Source of the DNA: a virus
Virus record (IMG/VR): IMGVR_UViG_3300037247_000961
Location: 1 to 64,000 of that record
Direction: 5' to 3' (one strand)
Length of the DNA stretch: 64,000 nt
Positions 37,656 through 47,650 of the stretch are shown here, one piece after another. Positions within the stretch are counted from its first letter, which is position 1. Every line of letters begins with the position of its first letter. Below the pieces are notes generated by a model. It made no database searches. It was not told where the DNA came from and worked only from the letters and a program-made list of their open reading frames with translations. The translations under genes were made by a program, and so were the position numbers.

Positions 37656-37999
37656 TTAAAATGGTCTTTCCAATGTTCTTTCCGATGGCAATTTGAGCAT
37701 AACACTTCACATTTTGCAATCTCTTTCAAGATTCTAGCCCACGAGATGTCTCGGATCATTTTGCCAGAAATTCCAAATTCCTTCTTGCTTGGGTCTAAAT
37801 GATGAAAGTCTAAACAAGCGGGATGATCTTCTGGGCAACGATTGCAAGATAATTGAGCCTTCAATTCTTTAAATCGAATAATCCTCTTTCGTTTATTTTC
37901 TGTAGTCCTTGCTCGATGCACCTTCTTATTTTTTGGATACCAAATCTCCCTCATGTATTTTGCATGGTACTCTTTACGTTTGATAGGGTCTTTAATCAT
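37646..37999 (-). CDS. HNH endonuclease
   Basis: CNRC...LDFHH...EIAKCEVLCSNCHRKEH. Confidence 0.85.
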   Translation of the reverse strand: MIKDPIKRKEYHAKYMREIWYPKNKKVHRARTTENKRKRIIRFKELKAQLSCNRCPEDHPACLDFHHLDPSKKEFGISGKMIRDISWARILKEIAKCEVLCSNCHRKEHWKDHFNAG

Positions 38000-38192
38000 A
38001 GTGTAGTTTACCCCAACGGCGACGTGCCGTCAATTAAATTCTGCAACGCCTTCACGGCTTCCGTCGCTTTTTTGTAAGCCTCTCGTGTGTTCACCGGACG
38101 ATATCGCTTGAGTACGATCTGCACCACTAAGAAAAAGGATGCTTGGCAAAGCAACTGGTGGGCACGGCCCAATTCAGATTTGATCGGGTAGC

Positions 38193-39476
38193 TCACATCC
38201 TCACTACAACAACACGCTCTGCGGCGCGGGTGATGCCGGTGTAAAGCCATCGCCATTTGTCAGCGCGGAAACAATGGGACTCATCAAACAAAAGCACATC
38301 ATCCCATTCACTGCCTTGAGCCTTATGAACCGTTAAACTATATCCATAATCAAATTCCTCGGCGTTTTTGCGTTCCCACCAAGGCAATGCCTCACCTTGG
38401 CCAAGGAAATACTGCGTATGCGCCTCGACCTCTAGCGGAGGGCCATCATCCTCCGGCCGCAGGATCATGAACACCCGTTCATCCTCGATAAGGCCGACTT
38501 CATTCACAAACCAAATGGCCCCATTAAGCAGGCCGCGGTCATGATTATTGCGAAGACACACCAACTTGTCCCCGGCCACTGGCAATGTGTCCGTGCGGCC
38601 ATACAGCGCGCGCATACGGCGATTAGATGCATGTCGGGTCTTATTTCTGCCTACGAGAATTTGATCTGCCGCTTGAGCATGAGACTCATTTATGTGAACC
38701 TTCTCCGCAACTAAGCTGTTCCCATAAGAACCAATTGCCAAGTCCTCCTGGTTGCGTACACGAGTCGCCATAGCGATAATAGGGTTGCTTTCGGCTTGGC
38801 GATGTATGTCAGTCAGCATGACATCGGGCTCAATTCCTTCGGTAAAGAATCCTGCACCATAGACCGGCGGCAACTGGGCAGGATCACCCAGAACCAATAT
38901 CTTGGTCCCAAATGATTCCAAGTCCTCCCCCATAGGTCCATCCACCATTGACACCTCATCAATGATGACCAGCTTGGCATCCTTAACCACTGATTCTGTG
39001 TTCAGTGTGAACATGGGACGGCTTAACGCCTCTCGCTCGCGCTTGACCTTGGCCACCAAGTCCATCACCCTCGGATGATTCTCTACTTGCTCATCGACTG
39101 TAAATTGTGGGGGGCCTCCCTCCAACTCCATTTCTGGGGAGGCTCCAATCTCCAACTTCAATTCGGCGCGCAATTCCACTAAGGACCGCTCCAAATCCCG
39201 CAATTTTTCTCGGCTCAGTTCCTTGGAATTGTAGATTATGCTATGGATCGTTGATGCGTCTGGACATCCCTTCTGCCGCAACACATATGCCGCCTTACCT
39301 GTATACGCCATGTACAGTACCGTCCCATCGATACCTTGGCCGAAATGGCGCGCGAGCGTAGTCTTACCGGTACCGGCGTAACCAAACAGGCGAAAGACTT
39401 GCGGCGCCTGAGGATCAGCGAGCCATTGCGCTACAGCCACAAGGGCAGCGTCTTGTTGGGGACTCCATATAGTCAC
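38193..39476 (-). CDS. RecD/Dda-like SF1 helicase
   Basis: GYAGTGKTT, IDEVSM, GDPAQLPPV, TVHKAQGSE, YTGITRA. Confidence 0.93.
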   Translation of the reverse strand: MTIWSPQQDAALVAVAQWLADPQAPQVFRLFGYAGTGKTTLARHFGQGIDGTVLYMAYTGKAAYVLRQKGCPDASTIHSIIYNSKELSREKLRDLERSLVELRAELKLEIGASPEMELEGGPPQFTVDEQVENHPRVMDLVAKVKREREALSRPMFTLNTESVVKDAKLVIIDEVSMVDGPMGEDLESFGTKILVLGDPAQLPPVYGAGFFTEGIEPDVMLTDIHRQAESNPIIAMATRVRNQEDLAIGSYGNSLVAEKVHINESHAQAADQILVGRNKTRHASNRRMRALYGRTDTLPVAGDKLVCLRNNHDRGLLNGAIWFVNEVGLIEDERVFMILRPEDDGPPLEVEAHTQYFLGQGEALPWWERKNAEEFDYGYSLTVHKAQGSEWDDVLLFDESHCFRADKWRWLYTGITRAAERVVVVRM

Positions 39477-39824
39477 GCAGGCACCCGACAGTCTCGCAGG
39501 CCTTTAGTCGCGTGAAATTCTAGGAGTCGGCCCTTGCGAATCGTTGACGCAATGATACGGCGATAATCTTGTCCACGCTTACCAAAGGACGACGTCTCCT
39601 TGCGGTACTTGCGCTTGATGGCTTGTTGGAGAAGATAGTCACGGCGCCGATGCTCATTGCCCCATTCACGAGCGACACAAGGCATCATGCCTTTGCCCAA
39701 TAAGATTGCCTCGATCTCGCCGCCCTTGGCCTCCTCACACATGGCATTGATGAAATCGTGAAGTTGCCGGCGCGTATTCACGTCGCGGCGCTTGAAATTC
39801 TTGATGATCTTATCGTTTTGTTGG

Positions 39825-40346
39825 TCAGCCATGTTGCACCTTCGCTTTTTCGCGCGCCACATCCAGCTTCCGCGTATGGTACTCGATGTCTTTTTGGGCA
39901 CGTCGAATACATCCTCGATGGTAGGTGGCATTCCAAGCCCACGACTTGGTGTCTTTTTCCTTGCAGGCGATCCGTTCCAATTCCTGTTTGCTCGCCTCGT
40001 CAGCCAGTATCTGCGCCATTTCCAATGCCGCTTCTTCGGTTAACCAAAGTCGATCTTCCTCCACGATGTACGACGACGGAATGCGGTACTCGGTTTTGGT
40101 GGATGTAACGTCCATGCCGGTGATTTTTGTTTTTTCCGCCCTCGGGGTGCGCTCATAGGTTCTGATGCGCCCACGGGAGAATTGCTCATACCCGATATGA
40201 CAGTTTTGGCAATCGATGGTTACTTCCGTTCCATCACCCATGATACAGCGGATATAGCCACTACCCACACAATCCGGACACTCCACGGATGTTTCGACGG
40301 TGTCAAATCGCGCCCACCAAACCTCTTGCCCGATTTCATAGTTCAT
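39825..40346 (-). CDS. Zinc-ribbon hypothetical protein
   Basis: CPDC...CQNC followed by coiled coil. Confidence 0.65.
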   Translation of the reverse strand: MNYEIGQEVWWARFDTVETSVECPDCVGSGYIRCIMGDGTEVTIDCQNCHIGYEQFSRGRIRTYERTPRAEKTKITGMDVTSTKTEYRIPSSYIVEEDRLWLTEEAALEMAQILADEASKQELERIACKEKDTKSWAWNATYHRGCIRRAQKDIEYHTRKLDVAREKAKVQHG

Positions 40347-40384
40347 GGCTCAGTGCCCCTGATTTATGCAGTACCTTAAAGGAA

Positions 40385-40424
40385 ACGCGGGCCGGCTTAG
40401 GAGGGAGCAGAAGCCGGCCCGCGT
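40385..40424 (-). terminator. Strong hairpin/likely terminator after the SSB-like gene
   Basis: 14-bp perfect stem ACGCGGGCCGGCTT/AAGCCGGCCCGCGT followed by TTCCTTT on the minus strand. Confidence 0.7.
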
Positions 40425-40450
40425 GCGCGCTGTGTCTAGGCTTAGCAGAC

Positions 40451-41323
40451 CTAGAACGGCGCGTCTTCTCCGTCACCCCCGTCTGCCGCGGGGTCTCCTC
40501 CCTTGCCTGAGGCGGCATGCTGCGACGCGAAGTCGGCTTTGGCCATTCCGCTCACGACCATGTCGCGAAAGTCACGGGCCTCGTTCAACAGTTCCTTGTT
40601 CTCGACCGGGTTGATGAGGCTTCCCTTCCATGTTGCACCGAGCGGATCAATGCGGAAGTTGAAGAAGGTACCGCTGTCATTCTTCTGCTTCACCGTGCGC
40701 AGGATTGCACGATTTGCGAACATCGGGGGCTTGCCCTTCAGCGTGTACATCGCCGTGATCCAGTCCCGATAGGGCTTGATCTTGGTCGACGTGAAGCTCA
40801 CCACACCGAATCCGACCGTCGAAATACCGTCCTCGTCCAGGAAGAGCCCATAGACGTAGAAGGTTTGGACCAAGTCGTTCATTGCGCCAGACTTTGCATC
40901 CGACCGCGAGTCGGGGCAATGCAACTTGCCGAAAGGCTTGCCGTCATTGTCCTCAATGGCCTTTTCGACCACATCGCCGTTGGGATCGTGCATGCCAACC
41001 ATGCCGCCGCCAGCGTCACGCGGCACCCACTCCACATAGACCTGTTCCTTGTGGACGGGGATGAAGGCGACGCCATCGGCCGTGGGGCCTTCGCCATCCC
41101 ACATTTGCTTGGTCACGGTATTGAACAACATGCCACTTTCGGCGCCGACTGGATCTTTGTCGACGACCTGGGGGCTGTTGCTTTGCAGGATGGCCAGGAA
41201 CGGCACGGACAGGTCTTTGCTCTGCGTGCCTTCGAAGCCGGCACCCGAGTCATCACCATAATCATAACTCGTGGCTGGAACGCCCGCGGGTGTGGCCACA
41301 GCCACCTCTTTCGATTCACTCAT
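40451..41323 (-). CDS. Putative single-stranded DNA-binding protein
   Basis: Acidic C-terminus ending EDAPF; lies in the replication block; LAILQSNSPQV motif. Confidence 0.7.
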   Translation of the reverse strand: MSESKEVAVATPAGVPATSYDYGDDSGAGFEGTQSKDLSVPFLAILQSNSPQVVDKDPVGAESGMLFNTVTKQMWDGEGPTADGVAFIPVHKEQVYVEWVPRDAGGGMVGMHDPNGDVVEKAIEDNDGKPFGKLHCPDSRSDAKSGAMNDLVQTFYVYGLFLDEDGISTVGFGVVSFTSTKIKPYRDWITAMYTLKGKPPMFANRAILRTVKQKNDSGTFFNFRIDPLGATWKGSLINPVENKELLNEARDFRDMVVSGMAKADFASQHAASGKGGDPAADGGDGEDAPF

Positions 41324-41777
41324 CTTCGTTCTCCAGTTCTCGGTTCATAGTTCATAGATTGCAGCCCATCACACTCACCACTTCGCAGGTGACGCGGTGC
41401 GCCCCTCTAAGGACGCTGGGGGTTTCATTTATAAAGGCATTGAACCCCTAAGCTCTAGCCTATACAATATGCGCCGGCCGGGGCGTGACTCCTAGCACAG
41501 CATCCGCTTTCCCTTATCCAATATGGGCGTCTTAATTCAACAGGCTGATTAGACCTATTGGTATCCGGTTATGTGACCGGCTCCTTATGACACCTCGGCG
41601 CATGTAGAATATCAGACCAATTCCACAGTCCAGTTGTATGCTCATCTGGCGCAGGCTCTATCACATGGAGCATCTGGGATAAGTGATAATGCAATCGATC
41701 ATCGATGTAACTATCACAATCTCTCGGCTCAGACTTTGCACCGCAGACTAACGTCCCGTCGCATCGCCATCTAAGGC

Positions 41778-42347
41778 TCACGCCTTCACCTTAACATCGG
41801 TGAAGCGTTGACGATAGGCGCCGAAGGTATCCAGCGGAATTGCAATGCCATCCGCAAGCGCCCCTTTGATGAAGGCGCGAAGGGTGTTGGTGTGAACGCC
41901 ACGCACCAATTTGAGATTGAGAGGCTTCTTGCGCTGCGCACAGTCCCGCATGAACTTACGTGCCCAAGCCTCTTGGTCCTTATTGAAGTCGATGGTCACT
42001 GTGCGCTTGATCAGATTGGCGTTGCCATTGTCCTCAAGCCAGGCATGAGCCTTTTCCTCATTGCCCTTGGGGATGGACCCACGAATCACTTCCTTGAGAT
42101 TGATAATGATGCCACCGGGGGTGATCACCTTGGACTTGTCAAGCTGGGCCTCCTCCAAAAGGTTCGGCAACTTGGTTTCCTTAACCAACGTCACCGCGGC
42201 CTTAGCCTCGCCCAATTGGGCCTCCAGCGCAGAAACACGAGCCTCCGCATCAAGCTGCTCTTGGGCAAGGCCTTCGATCCGGCTCATCAAATTGCCGCCG
42301 GGCTCGTTAGTCTCCCAAGCACTGTAATCGTGTTCTTTGTCCATCAT
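41778..42347 (-). CDS. Conserved replication-block coiled-coil protein
   Basis: AHAWLEDNG...VHTNTLRAFIK motif; lies between helicase and SSB-like gene. Confidence 0.65.
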   Translation of the reverse strand: MMDKEHDYSAWETNEPGGNLMSRIEGLAQEQLDAEARVSALEAQLGEAKAAVTLVKETKLPNLLEEAQLDKSKVITPGGIIINLKEVIRGSIPKGNEEKAHAWLEDNGNANLIKRTVTIDFNKDQEAWARKFMRDCAQRKKPLNLKLVRGVHTNTLRAFIKGALADGIAIPLDTFGAYRQRFTDVKVKA

Positions 42348-42707
42348 CGATGCTCCCTTCCCGTTAAATAATGTTAGCTTCGTCCCTCGCCATGTCCTCA
42401 AGATGAGCCTGCAAGGCCTCTGGGATATCGTCCCACGTGATGCCATCTGGGCCAATCACTTCCAAGTCCTCGACCTCGCCGCCCTCTGCCGGGTAGCCAG
42501 GATCGCCATTGCTCAAATACCAGACTGCCGGATAGTAATCCGTGATCTTGGCGCTTACATCAAGCATCAACGTCGGATAGTTGCCGTCCGCATCGGGCTT
42601 AAGCAACTCATACTCATATTCAAAATTGACGTCGGTTCCACGGATCACTGAATCGCTCCTCAAGCCATGATCAAGTTTAAACAGTGTGGCGTCAAAAGTC
42701 AATTCAT

Positions 42708-44189
42708 TTAAATCCATTCGCGCAGCATGTCTCCGGTCAATCGAGATGCAATATCATATTTACCTCGGAGATTTTCAACGATGTGCATATCGACCGTATC
42801 GTGGGCAAGCACATCGGCATACAGCACACCAAATCCATATTCACCGTGATCCACTCCATCTTGTCCAATGCGATGATTACGATCTTCAGATTGCATGCGG
42901 TCGCGGTATTTGAACGAATTGGAATAATACATCGTCGTCTTTGCCGCATTGATCGTGATACCTCGGGAGCCTTTGCTCGGGTTGCCCACAAACCAGTCCG
43001 CGTCGCCTGCATTGAATGCTAATTTAGACCGTTCGCATTCATCATCATCCAATGTGCCGTCATAGCGCACGGCCCTTGGGCCAAGGGCGTCCATAATTTG
43101 ATCAATATCGCGAGTGAAGCGGGACCAAACAATGGCCGGGTGATTTAGCTTCTCCAAAAACGCCAACGAGCAATCCAATCGAGGATTCTTGACGTCGCAC
43201 AGTTCAACCGGCTCCTCGGCATCCGTCACCATATACCCACACGTGATTTGCTGAAGCCGCAGCAAACGGGTCAGGGCCAAGTTGCCATCAACGATACGGC
43301 CATCCTGCAATTCGATCTCGAACTCGTCCCGCATCTTGTCGTAATACGCTTGTTGCTTCGGCGTCATGTCGAACCATCGTTTAGTGTACAGCTTATCAGG
43401 TAAATCCAGAACGTCGGTTTTCAACAGGCGATCACTCACCGATGCAAGTATCTCGGCCAACTCATCGATGTTCTTATAGCGCAGCAATTTGTCATATCCG
43501 GGATCGTAGCCGTGAAGCGCCTCACAATCCGCAGCCGTGAACCATTCTGCATAATGCTGTTTGAATGAGCGAAAGTTTTCCATTCCAAGGCGGCGCCAGA
43601 TTCCTTCATCAAGGAACCGTAACTGCGAATAAATATCAAAGGGCTTGTCTGCCGGGGTGCCGGTCAAGATGCGCTTATACGCGGGATAAGCGCCCGAGGC
43701 TACTACGGAGCGCGTCCGCTTGGCGCTTGGCGTCCTGATATCATCAGACTCGTCCAATGTCATGAACACCTTGCGACGTTTTAAGAATCGCCAGACGGCT
43801 TTCTTCCCTTTGGCCGTCATGAATCCATCATAACTGATGCAAAAGAAAGCCAAGCCCTGGAACTTGATCAGATTATTAAACGCCGCAGCATGCCATTTGG
43901 TGTTAGCCCGTTTGGTTTGCCAAAGGAAGATCATCATTTTCTTCATGACCGCATCAGGCATGTGCTTCGGCAATTCGTCCGTGACCCAGTTTCGCTCGAC
44001 ACCCCCCGGAGCCACGATCAGCGCCCCGTCGATCTGCCCGCCTATGAATAAATAGGCAATGGAGTCAATGATTGGTTTGCTTTTTCCCGTGCCCTGTTCC
44101 CAGAGAATACCGTGGAACGGCAGTTCCCGCGTTTCCTTAAAGATGCGGTCTTGATGATCAAATGGATCAGTTTTGTATTGGTATGCCAT
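42708..44189 (-). CDS. SNF2-like SF2 helicase
   Basis: EQGTGKS, LDES, LTGTP, QSEDRNHRIGQ. Confidence 0.92.
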   Translation of the reverse strand: MAYQYKTDPFDHQDRIFKETRELPFHGILWEQGTGKSKPIIDSIAYLFIGGQIDGALIVAPGGVERNWVTDELPKHMPDAVMKKMMIFLWQTKRANTKWHAAAFNNLIKFQGLAFFCISYDGFMTAKGKKAVWRFLKRRKVFMTLDESDDIRTPSAKRTRSVVASGAYPAYKRILTGTPADKPFDIYSQLRFLDEGIWRRLGMENFRSFKQHYAEWFTAADCEALHGYDPGYDKLLRYKNIDELAEILASVSDRLLKTDVLDLPDKLYTKRWFDMTPKQQAYYDKMRDEFEIELQDGRIVDGNLALTRLLRLQQITCGYMVTDAEEPVELCDVKNPRLDCSLAFLEKLNHPAIVWSRFTRDIDQIMDALGPRAVRYDGTLDDDECERSKLAFNAGDADWFVGNPSKGSRGITINAAKTTMYYSNSFKYRDRMQSEDRNHRIGQDGVDHGEYGFGVLYADVLAHDTVDMHIVENLRGKYDIASRLTGDMLREWI

Positions 44190-44211
44190 GGGAACTCCTC
44201 AGGCCCAAGGG

Positions 44212-44486
44212 GGACATAACTTGAGAGACTTGCGACTTTGGCTTTTCGTACTTGTTGGACCCTCTAAGTTACTATACTTTCTTATCTTTCTTTCAGAAAG
44301 AGAGAGAAGAGATACTTATATACTTCTTTCAAAACGTTGCGGTAAAAACTTTCTTTCCCCGCAACCCCAAAAAGGCCTCTGAAAGTTGAAAAGTATGTCT
44401 TTCTCAGATTCACTCTTTTGGGCCAGGGACTTACCCCGAGTATCCTGGGAAATCCCTACCTCTGAAAGTATAGTCTCAAGTCTCTC
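44212..44486. repeat. Copy 2 of the ori-like element with its own inverted repeats
   Basis: Direct repeat of 274-385 at 44212-44324; IR 44223-44237 / 44472-44486 (1 mismatch) and 44271-44280 / 44465-44474. Confidence 0.9.
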
Positions 44487-44487
44487 C

Positions 44488-45282
44488 TTAGGTCATTTCG
44501 TAGTGAGGCGCGTCAATGAAGGCCGGCTTGTCCCTGGCCCGCTTGCGCTCCGCATAGGCCTGTACCAGCTTTTCAGGGGCCTGGAGGGGGGTCTCGTTAT
44601 AGAGGGGTACCCAAGCGCCCCCCCAACGTAATAGGCCCCCACAGGCGAACGAGGCCCGCCGTACGGCCTCCATGATCTTGTAGCAGGCCAGTAATTCCCA
44701 TCGGGCACGTCCATTGATCCATGGAACCAGGTCCACGGCATGGCTAAAGCCATCGCTCTGAATCAGGTGCTTGGACTTCATGGTCTGGGATACCCTGGTA
44801 CGTACGTATTCTGCCTGTTCCTCGCGAGTGCGCACGCCATCGGTCACAGTGAAATCTTGTGCCGTGATTCCGATGGCATGGTGAACGATCCTCACAAGAT
44901 CAGGATGAACGCCTTCCAGGTTTTTGAGGCTGCTTTTGCCCAGCTTGTAGGAGCCAATCTCCACGTCGTCCAGCAACGGGTCTGTTGCCTCTTGCTTCGC
45001 ACCGTGTGGGCGTGTGGGCGCCTTGGGCGCGCGGGCTGGCGCACCATGGTCCTCCATGCAATGGACCGCGATGCCTGCCATCTTTCGCATCACGTCGAGG
45101 GCTTTGGTGTCGCCGGGGTTGAGGGTCCAGTCCCGAATCAGTTGGGCCTGATAATGTGCCATCATTGTGGTATAATCGCCCACGGAATGAGGCTCGGGAG
45201 TCGGCTCCATTCGGTTGGGGCCGAGGCTGTCCTGGTAACGGCGCTCGCCGTCGATCAGGTTGTAAACATCTTTGCGTTTCAT
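44488..45282 (-). CDS. M15-family peptidase endolysin with fused N-terminal alpha-helical domain
   Basis: LEGVHPDL, GVRT..Q, SKH, HAVD, WGG.W, DAPHYE. Confidence 0.85.
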   Translation of the reverse strand: MKRKDVYNLIDGERRYQDSLGPNRMEPTPEPHSVGDYTTMMAHYQAQLIRDWTLNPGDTKALDVMRKMAGIAVHCMEDHGAPARAPKAPTRPHGAKQEATDPLLDDVEIGSYKLGKSSLKNLEGVHPDLVRIVHHAIGITAQDFTVTDGVRTREEQAEYVRTRVSQTMKSKHLIQSDGFSHAVDLVPWINGRARWELLACYKIMEAVRRASFACGGLLRWGGAWVPLYNETPLQAPEKLVQAYAERKRARDKPAFIDAPHYEMT

Positions 45283-45342
45283 GATTGGTTCCTAATTATG
45301 AGGGTGAAGCGGGGCTGTTACATAACAGCACCGCTGCAAAGG

Positions 45343-45654
45343 TTACTTTGCGTCGACCAGTTTTGGCAAACTAGTCACCAATTTGTTCTCCGGCCTATAG
45401 GTATCAACCGTTTGGCCTTGATTGTTTAGGACGTAGCAGTATCCCGTCAACAGGTAAGTTGATGAGATATCTGTATCCGGGAACGTGCATTCGGCCACAC
45501 ATACAGTCCACACTTTTCCCTTTGGTGTTTCGCTGAGGTTGAACAGTCCGCATTCATATTTTGTTGCAAGGATGCGGCAAAACTTGATCTCTTTGATGCC
45601 ACCGATGATTCGATAATTCTTGTCCTTGCCCGACATGATTTTCAAGGTCAACAT
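45343..45654 (-). CDS. Hypothetical protein (MLTLKIM...YVLNNQGQTVD)
   Basis: AGGAG RBS; clean ORF. Confidence 0.6.
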   Translation of the reverse strand: MLTLKIMSGKDKNYRIIGGIKEIKFCRILATKYECGLFNLSETPKGKVWTVCVAECTFPDTDISSTYLLTGYCYVLNNQGQTVDTYRPENKLVTSLPKLVDAK

Positions 45655-45729
45655 GACCTATCTCCTTCTACTTCTACTGATTGCGCTACGTCAACTCACG
45701 ACGCGCCTCGCGCTTAGCGGCGCCGCTTC

Positions 45730-47370
45730 TTACGCTCTCCATCTCCCATTCCACATTGTGTATATGGCTCGTTTGCCTGTGCAATAGGTCACGATATGGG
45801 AAGGTGACCACGACGACGGCCCTTTATTATACCCTTGATCCATATCGCCACTCAAGCCTGAAGTATAAGTGCCCTCCAGAATTCCGGCGGAGTGTTCGTG
45901 GGCTCGATTAGCCTTGCGTCCCATGCGCGCCATATTAGAAGCACTTCCGCGGCTACCGTTAGGCCCAAGATGTCCGTGCATTCCGTGCTCGATGTCGAGC
46001 AACACAAAACTCTCATCCTCGTTCAGGAATCGAATTGGCACAGCGCTTCCATCTTGCATCGTGTCGAATTCTCGGAGTATTGCCCAACGGAGTAGATTGT
46101 GAGGTTCATCCGGATTATCCCGAATCGCACGGTAAACCTCAATCTGGGCTTCCAAGAAGTAAATGGCATTGACAGGATCATTCTTATAATCACCGATACG
46201 TAGCCACTCTTTGAAAAACCCATCGTGGTTTGAATTCACTACTACAGTCTGGCACCACTCCCGGCTTGATTCTTTCAGGAATCGTGCCACATTATTGACT
46301 TCTGTCTGAACAGAGTCGTGGCCCTGGATATAAGCCAAAAAACGGTCATGAATCAGATGCTTCTTGAGTGTGTGACCATTGCGCGCCCGGAAGTCCATAA
46401 CGTCGTGCATCATTTGATACTCTGGGCGCAGGACATCCATCATGCCCCCCTTGCCCCATGCCAACTCTGCAACTTCGGGGTCAAGTGTAGCTTCATGGAT
46501 ATCGCCCCATGTAATTGACTTGGCGCGGTGCCTATGGGTAATTTTGATGCCATCGATTTTCAGGTCCATGTCGCAGATGACACCCTTGTTCGTGGAAATC
46601 AACTGGCGCACAAACCAATCACCTCGGCAATTTACTTCGACGATTAGGCCTCCATATACGTGATGGAAATCCGCCTTGAGGCCTGCCTTCTTGGCGATAT
46701 AGTTCCGCTTGGTCACGGTGCCCGTCGTATAGGTGAACTTCGTCGGTTCATTCTTGCCACTAGCAACCGATGACATGTGCATCTTGACGTGGGGGAAAAT
46801 CGAACTATGCCTTCCGGTGTAAACCTCAAGTCCTTGTAACGGCTTTACCGCGGTCGGTTCGATGTTCATTTCCCCGCAGAAGATTAGTCCCGGGGCCAGC
46901 TCAACTTGGTCATCGCAGATGTAAGGCTCAATGATAGGATCATACCAGACAGGTGCAAGGTCGGACGCTGTTGGTTCTTGGCCCCGCTTGACGGCCTTAT
47001 TACCGAAACGTGCCTTGTTATAGGTGAACGTCGCCACCATCAACCTCGACGTCTCGACGCGCTTTTCTTTGCGCTTGGAATAGGTTATCAAAGAATCCCA
47101 GGCTTTCGAAAAAACTTTGGTGTTATTCTGAGCGGAAGTTAAAATGTAACGATTGATTTTGCCTTTTGAGGGCAACGGGAGGGAGGTTTGCTCGAACGGC
47201 GCAACGCGGCCCGCGAACAAGGGCTTGTCGTCATAGATACCAGCGGCTCTGATGCAGTCCCGAATCGTGCCGCGGACGTGACCGGTTTCCAATGCCGTGC
47301 CATATATCGTTCCGATGCGTTGATAAACTTCGACGATGCGCGCAGATTGCGCGTCTGTCAATGCGGCCAT
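45730..47370 (-). CDS. T5 A1-like calcineurin-type metallophosphoesterase with N-terminal HTH
   Basis: TSAQNNT, GDIH, HD, SNHD, HGHLGPNGSRGS, HEHS, YNKGPSSW. Confidence 0.7.
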   Translation of the reverse strand: MAALTDAQSARIVEVYQRIGTIYGTALETGHVRGTIRDCIRAAGIYDDKPLFAGRVAPFEQTSLPLPSKGKINRYILTSAQNNTKVFSKAWDSLITYSKRKEKRVETSRLMVATFTYNKARFGNKAVKRGQEPTASDLAPVWYDPIIEPYICDDQVELAPGLIFCGEMNIEPTAVKPLQGLEVYTGRHSSIFPHVKMHMSSVASGKNEPTKFTYTTGTVTKRNYIAKKAGLKADFHHVYGGLIVEVNCRGDWFVRQLISTNKGVICDMDLKIDGIKITHRHRAKSITWGDIHEATLDPEVAELAWGKGGMMDVLRPEYQMMHDVMDFRARNGHTLKKHLIHDRFLAYIQGHDSVQTEVNNVARFLKESSREWCQTVVVNSNHDGFFKEWLRIGDYKNDPVNAIYFLEAQIEVYRAIRDNPDEPHNLLRWAILREFDTMQDGSAVPIRFLNEDESFVLLDIEHGMHGHLGPNGSRGSASNMARMGRKANRAHEHSAGILEGTYTSGLSGDMDQGYNKGPSSWSPSHIVTYCTGKRAIYTMWNGRWRA

Positions 47371-47383
47371 CCTTAACCCCTTC

Positions 47384-47650
47384 TTAGAATCCGAATTTGG
47401 ATTTAATGCCGAGACCTATCGCCGTCGCTGTAACGCCGATGATAATAACGACGATGGTCATTAAGCTTTTGTCTTGTATGCGCTCAATACGCAAACGCCA
47501 CTCTCTTAAGTGTAGCATATCCTTCTGGAATTCTAAAGGATTTTCTGGATCGATGCCGTGAGAAATAAGCGTCCGTTCCACGGCCTGGCAAGCAGCATCG
47601 TAGGCGATCTCACGCAAAAGGGCTTCGACTTCGGGAGTTACGTCCTTCAT
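47384..47650 (-). CDS. Single-TM holin-like protein
   Basis: C-terminal TM; located in the lysis-like block. Confidence 0.5.
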   Translation of the reverse strand: MKDVTPEVEALLREIAYDAACQAVERTLISHGIDPENPLEFQKDMLHLREWRLRIERIQDKSLMTIVVIIIGVTATAIGLGIKSKFGF

